This document shows positions 56,181 to 64,000 of a DNA stretch of 64,000 bases, piece after piece (the stretch's first letter is position 1; each line of letters opens with the position of its first letter). Below the pieces are notes generated by a model, which worked only from the letters and a program-made list of their open reading frames with translations, was not told where the DNA came from and did not search any database. The stretch covers positions 1,178,001 to 1,242,000 of the forward strand of contig OX337240.1 of the NCBI GenBank assembly GCA_946965045.2, given 5' to 3'. Made by a program: the position numbers and the translations under genes. The stretch comes from Epithemia pelagica. Taxonomy: Eukaryota > Protista > Bacillariophyta.

Positions 56181-56849
56181 GCTCTTATACAAAAAATGAT
56201 CCGCAAACACTTCCTTAAATCTGATCTGTTGGATGGAAAATAATGAACAACGACGGAAAGTTACGCAATCTTCTCCCCTTTAGAACTTTATCAAGTGACG
56301 ACGATGATGCAATAAAAAACTTTCCGATTCCACCTTGACAACTTGTGTGGATCAGTAACTGCAATAACAGCTTTCGTCAAACTTGGCTCCGTGGACTGGT
56401 GTTTCTGTAATAGTATTCGGTATTCGGTATGTTGTTGTTTGATGTCTTGACTTTTGCTTTCGGCAAAGATGATGTGGCAGATTCAATCGACGAATGAGGA
56501 AAACATGCAAAACGAAGACACAGACCAAAATGTTGTGAGACACCCAAGATTTTTTCGCTTCTCATTCTCCGCAAGTCGTGATCCCATCAAAAACTCTCAG
56601 TCGCTCAAACCTTGCATGCCATACGAGTATACGAGTACTCGTACAAACAGATGTGAGCTGGTGGTATCTGGTTGGACCTTTTCATTGGGACAACCCACAA
56701 CCCACAACCCAGCCCACAACCGTTAATTATTCGTAGAAATAACCAGTGTAAATGCGACTAAATTGGGCTTAGGAATTAGGAAATAATAAGAATAAGAATG
56801 ATTTCACATTGTACAATCTACAACCCGGTAAGGGTACAATACAATACGA

Positions 56850-59800
56850 GTAAGATGGTCTGCTGGGTGTCATGACTCATGACCTTTTCTCTTAAGATTT
56901 AAGATTTTTCAATTTTTCATCTCTCAACTTTCAGGCGCAGGGCGCAGGCCTCTAGAATTAAAACAAAAGACTCATCCCATCAGATCAGTTACAACATAGC
57001 ACATCTAGCACCATTAGATCTAGGTGTGACATAGCATGACATAGCTACGACATAGAGGAAAGCAGCTGTCCTGAAGTAAGACAGACGCTCGTGTTGCAGT
57101 TGAACGGACGAACAACAGATGGATTTAGCTGAATAGTAACTTCACCCAGCAGTCCAGGAAGATTTATGTACTAATTATTCATATACATGCACAATGCAAG
57201 TCGCGAGCCTACACATCCGTTCATACGAACGCAAGTTGGACGATACCTCTAGTCGTAATATCTTCTCTCTCAAATTGAGAATTACACAAAGATACCCATC
57301 GATCTTCAGATGATCTAGCAGGCCTGTTCCAAAGGTAAGTACCTTCTAGAAAGAACATTCATAAGGCCCAAACAATCAGGAGAGGTGAATACTCTCATCT
57401 AATCATGAAGAACAAAAAGAACAAGGAAGAACTATTCTCCAAGAGAGAAATGGAGCGGCTAAGTTCTCCTTGAGATCGGAGATCGATCAGACCTGAAAAT
57501 CACTTTCATGTAGATTAATCTCACTCTTTTCTAAAACACAAAAGTTGCAAGCAACTGTTGTCTACAAAAGGAGTCAACCTATATCGTAGACCGAAGGTGA
57601 GGGCCCCATCGTCGATCCAACGTGATAGGTTGACTAACATTGCTACCCAACTGAACTAACCCCGATTATCAAGTCGTTATCACACCTAGCTAGCAGATAT
57701 CCTAAGTGGTTGATGAGCCCAAATCAAGGCTGATAAACCATACGCTATTCTCTCTATCGATCGATTTATCAAGAAGTTAACTACCTTGGAGGACTACCAC
57801 TGAGTCGTCCCTACCAAGCATCCAAAGCGCGCAAATACTACTGGAGCCAATCAAGGCCCCAACCAAGAATCCACAACGGCGGACGACATCTCCCCGACCT
57901 CAAGTGGACTTGGAAGCTTCGACTGGTTGAATTCGGACAGTGATACCAACTCCAATCCAGATCCCCAGCAAGAGACCGTCGACCCTCTAGAAGCACCGAA
58001 CAGTGATCCAACTGCCGATCCAAACGCCCAACGCGAATCCCAGCAAGAGACCACTCGACCATTGCAAATTGTTCCACCTGAGACCGACCCAACGCGAACT
58101 GCCACATCAGATACAGATCGGACAAGACCGTTGATTGGTGTATCGAGATCCAGGAGGCGACAGCAACGAATCATGGCAGCAAACGACGATCCACAAGAAA
58201 ACACGGACGTTTTCATGCCAGACAAGCCCTTCATGGGCGGACTGGTGCAGTCCCGACGTGACGAGTACGTCGCTTGGACTGGAGGAAAACCGAAACATGA
58301 CTGGTCCAAGTTAGATGACTCAGCCAAGACGGAACCTCTCAGGAGTCTCCAGTTACGTACCTTAACAGACAAGCGGTACATCGACCGCGTAACTGGACCT
58401 ATTGACAAGTTTGACAAGAAGAAAGGCGATTTCTCGCGATTGCAGGATGAGCTCAATCGGCACTTTTTCAAACATGGGATGGACACGATTGTGTACTTAC
58501 CTGACCCCAAGAACTCCACATCGATGATCAACATCATCACGGAGCATCCTCGTTTCACCAACGAGCGCGTCCAGGACCTGATGGCAGAGCAGATCCAAAA
58601 ATACGATAAGTACGATCAGAACAATGACGCAGCGGCTCAGGACTACTTACTCGATTCTCTCGAGAAAACCTTTCGTCGCGAAGTAGAGGACCAATCCCGC
58701 TCTGCGAACTCGTTTCCCGTCCTCTTTATGGTAATCGTCCGCATCATTACGGACGACTCCATCGAACATTGGGAGTTGGTAAAGGGTGAGATGCGCAGTC
58801 TGGTACCCCAACAGTACTCAGGACACGACATTACCGCACTTACCACTGATTTCGCGAACAAGGCACGTCCTCTTTCGGCTGCTGGTCTTTATGACCACAC
58901 CCTTACCGCGAATCTCCTCAAGAACATCCTCACCGCTGAATGGCCGGAAACTCCAAAATTTGACCTCTTGATTCTCAACAAGAAAGTCAAAGACGCCGTA
59001 GAACACATCCGTTTTCTCGATCGTTCCGTCGCTGACTCCTACATGAGCACCAACAAGCTCCTGTACACGCACGTCTCCGAGATCGCCAACAACCGGTACC
59101 TTGTTAGTGTCAAGCAAGGCGAATGGAGTGCCAAAAGCTCCCACAAGGACAGCAAGGCCTTACCTGTTTCTTATGGCGGGAACCTGACAGTGACAAACAA
59201 TCGCCGTGGCAAGACCCGTATCGGCTACCAAGCCAATGCCCTCATCCCTCAGATGCAAACGCATGGTAAGAGCAAGAACAGTTTTCGTGAGAAGGGGAAG
59301 AACAAGAGCAACAACAAGTTCAAAGGCAAAACGGACAAGCCCTCTTCCACACCCAAAAACGATTCTACTCACCAATGGAAACGTGTTCCGCCTGCAGATG
59401 GCCAGCCGGATGAACGTACCAAAGACGGCCAAACATATTTCTGGTGCGGCACTTGCAAGATCTGGAACACCACGCATCGTACTAGCGAGCATATTGTCGG
59501 ATTCAAATCCATGGCCAAGAACAACAAGAACCAACAGAAACATAAAGCATCCGCTCATGTTCTTGAGTTTGACGCAACGGCCTGGAAAGCAGAACTCGAT
59601 CTCCATTCTCGCTACTGGGACAGGGACATTGTCAGAGAAATGGACAAGGAAGAATATGAGTTCTGTGAAGACAACTCAGAGGACGACGATTACGACCACT
59701 GTGACAACTCACCTGATGAGGAATACGAACTTTGTGCCTTCATGGCCTTCTTTGAAGAAGACGAAGAAAGCAAAGAAGAAAGGTATGAAGAAACCAAGTC

Positions 59801-62800
59801 CAATGAAGATTCAAGCTCGCTCTTCTCCAACACCACTCCCCAAGCTGTTACACCGGATCGTGTCACTTCAGCCAACATTAAAGAAAAACAGTTCAGTGAG
59901 AGTGATATGGAAGACTCATCAGGAACCAGTACCATTGGAACGTTTGAGCCTACCTTTCCAGTCGTCGAGCCATCCAAGAACAACGGACCAACATACTTCG
60001 ATCAATGGAATGACATGGATCTGACGATGACAAACAACCATGATGACGATCCGCTCGATCCATTGAATGACGCTGCAACCCAACGATTTCTCGAGGACAT
60101 GTACGACAAAGAAATCACAGCAGCAGCAGCAATCAATGAGAACTACGATGAAATGGAAAGTGAAGAGACAGATCTCACTTACAAAACTCCTGAAACAAGC
60201 ACGGACACATCGACCGATGCAATCAAACATCTCCAAGCTGGACAATTGGCGAGTTTGGAAAAGAAACTACCAGCCATCTCTCCAATCCATCAGGCACGAC
60301 CTCTGCCACCACGGCCAAATGCTCCCTTGCCCTTTTCTCCGAACGATCCGACTCCGCCGCCTCCTCCTCCAAGACGACGGCTGAGCATCCCTGCATCGAC
60401 AAAATATGCAATGCAGCATATCATTCTCGAAGCAGAGCAAGCAAAAAGAGATGGGATGAGGTACGAGAGAGCAGCCAAAACCGTGTTCGCAAACGCTTGG
60501 CGAGAGCCGAGACTTACCGTGGCTGAGGCATACCAACGTGTCAAAGAAGAGGAATGGGCAATGGGCTACTTCGTTGATGGAATGCCCATTCCGAATCACC
60601 CTCGACCAGCATCTTGCTTTCCTGGAATGTCGCCTATTCCACCAGGCCCGATGGTTCCTTGTTTTCAACCGATGGACACCTCCAGCTCTGGATCAGCGAT
60701 GCAGTTCACTCCTGCAACAAAACTCACAACATTCCGTGAGAACAAGAGCACGATGACAGATGACTCAACAAGCAACTCATCCTCCTCTTTCGTTCCAACC
60801 AACACGCTAGGCGAACGATATGTTCCCTCGGAACCCGAAAACAAGACGGATGATGATGATGACTCGAACAAGACAGTGGCACTCACCAAGTATTTTGCCC
60901 ATCTCGCTTGTGTCGATTTCGACGATGATGAAGATGAGGCTTCACAACCTGCCACTTCTCAACAAAATGAAGGAGACACTGACCCCCAAGACACTTCGGA
61001 CGGATCCAACTGTACTGTGGACGAGACAGTAGGAGGCTCAATGGTAGGAAAATGCGTAGAAGTCTACTATGCACCTTTCACCTTTGGACACATGCGTACC
61101 CCACAACGACCGGCGCGCACGCCAGTCGAGGAGCTTTCAGACGAAACTTTCTCTCTTCAGCATCTTTTCTTGGTCGCCCTTCTACATTTTGTTGTCCTGT
61201 TACCGATCATCCTCTGGCTGATCCCAGCTCCAACCACTACCGAGGAATCTAAGGACGCCTTTACAAATGGGCTAGGACACCTGTACAGTGCCGCGGTACA
61301 TCTCTACTATGGTGTCTATGAAGCTTACTGCGGATTCAAGGAAATTTCTGTTTCCTTCTTGCTGCATCCTGGCTGCATGCCTGGTATCGTTACATGGATT
61401 TCTTGTTGGATGGCCATCTTTCTCAGTTTCAGCCTCTCATCCAGTCCCAAATCCAAGAACTCTAACAAAGCCAAGGGACCAAATCGCCCCAATAACACCC
61501 AAAGGACCGCCGTCTCGGTTAATGCCTTTCGTGCCCAGCTAAACAACCGCCAAACCCACTTTGCCACCAACCACAACTCCCCTACAAGGTCCTTCTTCTT
61601 CTCCTTGTTCTCCACACCGATTCGGTTGATTGTTGTGTTTGGTCGTAGATTGTTGGAATGGTCGGCATCTTTATGTCAGGCTGGCCTTACGAGCTTACGA
61701 ACCATTATACCCGCGAAGCGAGGGAGAAAACGGCGGAACACTTCATTCAAGGTCAACTCGAGTTCACCTCGAAGGCACAAGCGAAGCCGCGGGCCATTCG
61801 CTAACACACCTTCCGAGCATAATGACTCCACACTACCGACCAGCCGACGAATGCCGACAAAGACAAGTTTGTTGCGTTCTCGCGCTCGTCGCTTCCAGCA
61901 CCCCATCTCTGCTGGAAATCCCCATCAACATCTGGCGGGATACAACCGTCAGAGATCGAACACCGAAAACAGGAGCAACACTCCCTATTATTGCCAAAAC
62001 GTACCATGCTCCACACGGCCTGTACCACGATTTCATCATCACCGAGCCTCCCTCAATCCAAACAACATGATGGCAATGATGGCCTCCATCAACGATCTTG
62101 ACCTTGACTCCATCACACACCACCCGTGGGAGAACATCACCCTACAGGCTCTTCGAGCAACCCTCCAAGATCCAAAGGCTCTTCGTGAATCCATGCCAAA
62201 AGGAGCCTCGTACCCAATCATCTGGGACTCCGGAGCGAGTATCTCCATTACAAACGACGCCAAGGACTTCATTGGAAAGATCAAGCCCTTCCCTGATCTG
62301 AAAGTAAAAGGTATTGCCAATAAAATGAAGGCTGTTGGACGAGGAACTGTCCTTTGGACGGTTTTGGACACGAATGGCGCTCCACGAATGTTGAAACTTC
62401 CTGCATTCCATGTACCAAAAATTTCTGTGAGATTGTTGTCAACGCAAAATCTTCTTCAGCAGTACCATGGAGAGAAAATCATTCAGGACGGTTATACACT
62501 TACCTTGACTGGAATTCCAGGCGACCCTGATCGCCGAGAGGTAAATGTGATGGTAAATCCGAAGAACAATCTTCCAATGTCCTACGGATACAATTCAGAC
62601 CACTTACAAACAACATCACTCGCTTTCAACAGTACTGTGAATGAAGTCGCACACCAAAACGCAAACCTCTCACCAGCACAGAAGGAACTTCTCAAATGGC
62701 ATTACCGACTCGGACACATGAATCTTCTCAAGGTACAGTTTCTCATGCGAACAGGCGTTTTGGCAACAACAGAGAAAACGCGTCATTTACACACTCTCGC

Positions 62801-64000
62801 ATCCACACTCACCGACTTACCCTTGTGCGCAGCATGTCAATTCGGGAAACAACGCAGACGAACCGAACCAGGGACGAAAACGATCATCGTCAAAGACAAA
62901 CAAGGGGTTACCAAAGACGGTAACCTGCATCCAGGTCAATGCATCTCAGTAGATCATTTTGTGTGTTCTACAAAGGGGAGACGCTTTGACTCAAAGGGGA
63001 AATCAAAAATCAACGATCTTTATACAGGTGGAGCAATCTTTGTAGACCACGCTTCGGGATACACGTGGATAGGATTTCAATCCCACCTAAATACACATGA
63101 AACGCTGAGTGTTAAGGAATCCTTCGAGCTTTTCTGTAGAGAAATAGGGGTAGTACCGCTTCAATACCTAACGGACAATGGAGCAGCCTTTACCTCTAAG
63201 GATTACACCCAATCACTCCGAACATTCGCTCAAATTTCCAGATTTGCCGGAGTTGGGGCACATCATCATGCTGGCATTGCCGAACGGGCAATACAAACTA
63301 TTATGTCTATTGCTCGTACAATGATGCTCCATGCTGCAATACACTGGCCAGAATTAGCTGACCCTATGCTATGGCCCATGGCAGTATCACATGCAGTGTA
63401 CCTACATAATCATGTGCCCCGTACTGACACAGGGATTAGCCCCCACGACTTATTTACACGTGTGCGTTGGGAACAACGAAAGTTCCACGACCTACACGTG
63501 TGGGGCTGCCCAGTCTATGTCCTACAGAAATCCATTGCCGACGGGAAGAAACTACCTCGTTGGAAGCCTAGGTCTACACGTTGCCAACTCATGGGGTTAA
63601 GTAACCGCCATGCTAGTTCGGTCCCTCTGGTACTTAACCCTGACACCGGCTACATAACACCACAATTCCATGTAGTTTTCAACGATTGGTTCAGTACAAT
63701 TGCTATGACTTATGAACAATTGCCCGACTTCTTCACTTACACGTGGTATAAACTGTTCGGAGACTCCTCCTACCAATATATAGATCTCGACAACGACGAT
63801 GCTCCAAATATTGAAGCGCCTACTACTACAGATGAGGCCGCACAACAGTCCTATACACAAAGAGAATCCGATGTCGCACATGCAATTGGGACTCATCGTC
63901 CTTTTGCCGTGCTTCCATCGCCTTCCCAGCCCAGTTCCACTCCTGGCACGTTTCCTTTAACTAATCCCCGTGCTACTCCCATTGGCGCACCAGCACCCAG
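56850..64000 (+). mobile_element. Ty1/Copia LTR retrotransposon 2 (diatom CoDi-like), apparently intact, runs off the window; 5' boundary unresolved
   Basis: Uninterrupted Gag-Pol frame preceded by ~1 kb of non-coding leader/LTR-like DNA. GGTTGATGAGCCCA at 57708 loosely resembles the Copia half-tRNA PBS GGTTATGGGCCCA (low confidence). Confidence 0.85.
58173..64000 (+). CDS. gag-pol: Copia Gag-Pol polyprotein (>1940 aa, no stop in window; not in the ORF track)
   Basis: Translated by hand with no stop from 57804 to 64000. Gag YVAWTGGKP, Zn knuckle YFWCGTCKIWNTTH..EH (~59440-59490), protease IIWDSGASISIT (62220), integrase WHYRLGH...CAAC, SVDHF, YLTDNG and GIAERAI. Confidence 0.93.
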   Translation, partial: MAANDDPQENTDVFMPDKPFMGGLVQSRRDEYVAWTGGKPKHDWSKLDDSAKTEPLRSLQLRTLTDKRYIDRVTGPIDKFDKKKGDFSRLQDELNRHFFKHGMDTIVYLPDPKNSTSMINIITEHPRFTNERVQDLMAEQIQKYDKYDQNNDAAAQDYLLDSLEKTFRREVEDQSRSANSFPVLFMVIVRIITDDSIEHWELVKGEMRSLVPQQYSGHDITALTTDFANKARPLSAAGLYDHTLTANLLKNILTAEWPETPKFDLLILNKKVKDAVEHIRFLDRSVADSYMSTNKLLYTHVSEIANNRYLVSVKQGEWSAKSSHKDSKALPVSYGGNLTVTNNRRGKTRIGYQANALIPQMQTHGKSKNSFREKGKNKSNNKFKGKTDKPSSTPKNDSTHQWKRVPPADGQPDERTKDGQTYFWCGTCKIWNTTHRTSEHIVGFKSMAKNNKNQQKHKASAHVLEFDATAWKAELDLHSRYWDRDIVREMDKEEYEFCEDNSEDDDYDHCDNSPDEEYELCAFMAFFEEDEESKEERYEETKSNEDSSSLFSNTTPQAVTPDRVTSANIKEKQFSESDMEDSSGTSTIGTFEPTFPVVEPSKNNGPTYFDQWNDMDLTMTNNHDDDPLDPLNDAATQRFLEDMYDKEITAAAAINENYDEMESEETDLTYKTPETSTDTSTDAIKHLQAGQLASLEKKLPAISPIHQARPLPPRPNAPLPFSPNDPTPPPPPPRRRLSIPASTKYAMQHIILEAEQAKRDGMRYERAAKTVFANAWREPRLTVAEAYQRVKEEEWAMGYFVDGMPIPNHPRPASCFPGMSPIPPGPMVPCFQPMDTSSSGSAMQFTPATKLTTFRENKSTMTDDSTSNSSSSFVPTNTLGERYVPSEPENKTDDDDDSNKTVALTKYFAHLACVDFDDDEDEASQPATSQQNEGDTDPQDTSDGSNCTVDETVGGSMVGKCVEVYYAPFTFGHMRTPQRPARTPVEELSDETFSLQHLFLVALLHFVVLLPIILWLIPAPTTTEESKDAFTNGLGHLYSAAVHLYYGVYEAYCGFKEISVSFLLHPGCMPGIVTWISCWMAIFLSFSLSSSPKSKNSNKAKGPNRPNNTQRTAVSVNAFRAQLNNRQTHFATNHNSPTRSFFFSLFSTPIRLIVVFGRRLLEWSASLCQAGLTSLRTIIPAKRGRKRRNTSFKVNSSSPRRHKRSRGPFANTPSEHNDSTLPTSRRMPTKTSLLRSRARRFQHPISAGNPHQHLAGYNRQRSNTENRSNTPYYCQNVPCSTRPVPRFHHHRASLNPNNMMAMMASINDLDLDSITHHPWENITLQALRATLQDPKALRESMPKGASYPIIWDSGASISITNDAKDFIGKIKPFPDLKVKGIANKMKAVGRGTVLWTVLDTNGAPRMLKLPAFHVPKISVRLLSTQNLLQQYHGEKIIQDGYTLTLTGIPGDPDRREVNVMVNPKNNLPMSYGYNSDHLQTTSLAFNSTVNEVAHQNANLSPAQKELLKWHYRLGHMNLLKVQFLMRTGVLATTEKTRHLHTLASTLTDLPLCAACQFGKQRRRTEPGTKTIIVKDKQGVTKDGNLHPGQCISVDHFVCSTKGRRFDSKGKSKINDLYTGGAIFVDHASGYTWIGFQSHLNTHETLSVKESFELFCREIGVVPLQYLTDNGAAFTSKDYTQSLRTFAQISRFAGVGAHHHAGIAERAIQTIMSIARTMMLHAAIHWPELADPMLWPMAVSHAVYLHNHVPRTDTGISPHDLFTRVRWEQRKFHDLHVWGCPVYVLQKSIADGKKLPRWKPRSTRCQLMGLSNRHASSVPLVLNPDTGYITPQFHVVFNDWFSTIAMTYEQLPDFFTYTWYKLFGDSSYQYIDLDNDDAPNIEAPTTTDEAAQQSYTQRESDVAHAIGTHRPFAVLPSPSQPSSTPGTFPLTNPRATPIGAPAP

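Noticed and set aside
56810-56838. 29-bp TG...CA segment as an LTR
   Set aside because: Too short, with no TSD or convincing PBS; the LTR limits cannot be fixed without the 3' LTR.
59206-60024. 272-aa plus-strand ORF and other short ORFs in 57838-63896
   Set aside because: Alternative frames overlapping the continuous Gag-Pol frame.
60340-60380. Pro-rich tract as a retroviral late domain functionally linked to nearby VPS20
   Set aside because: No PTAP/PSAP, PPxY or YPxL motif is present; the proximity to VPS20 is most simply coincidental.
1-64000. rRNA, tRNA or other structured RNA genes
   Set aside because: None recognised by eye; tRNAscan-SE and Infernal were not run.

Overview
Eukaryotic genomic DNA, most likely from a pennate diatom. 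This is inferred from the short GT-AG introns, a bipartite plastid-targeting motif, diatom-type Copia elements and diatom-type LRR and STAND gene families. From left to right the window holds: (i) a decayed DNA-transposon-like segment with a structured repeat array (1-3382); (ii) a 5'-truncated, nonsense-interrupted Ty1/Copia element (3436 to ~9480); (iii) a PD-(D/E)xK nuclease + protein kinase gene of Crinkler/CR-effector architecture, directly abutting a broken sulfotransferase-glycosyltransferase gene; (iv) a DUF3291-like gene, a STAND ATPase, a secreted 2OG-Fe(II) oxygenase-ShK gene and VPS20; (v) a complex rearrangement in which a second copy of the nuclease-kinase, 99.4% identical but with a completely different first (header) exon, sits between two 2.5-kb duplicated flanks (VPS20/BCKDHA); (vi) intact BCKDHA, an LRR membrane protein and a giant repeat-expanded pseudogene paralogue; (vii) a bacterial-style amino-methyltransferase with a GPPY motif, a plastid-targeted small protein, a second STAND ATPase and a Deg/HtrA protease; (viii) a second Copia element. 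Its Gag-Pol frame is open from 57804 to the window end, so it is absent from the ORF track, and it carries a ~900-aa insert with two predicted transmembrane helices between Gag and protease. The strongest leads are the header-swapped nuclease-kinase pair with its visible recombination junctions and the membrane-domain-bearing Copia polyprotein. All domain calls come from reading motifs by eye; no database searches were run.
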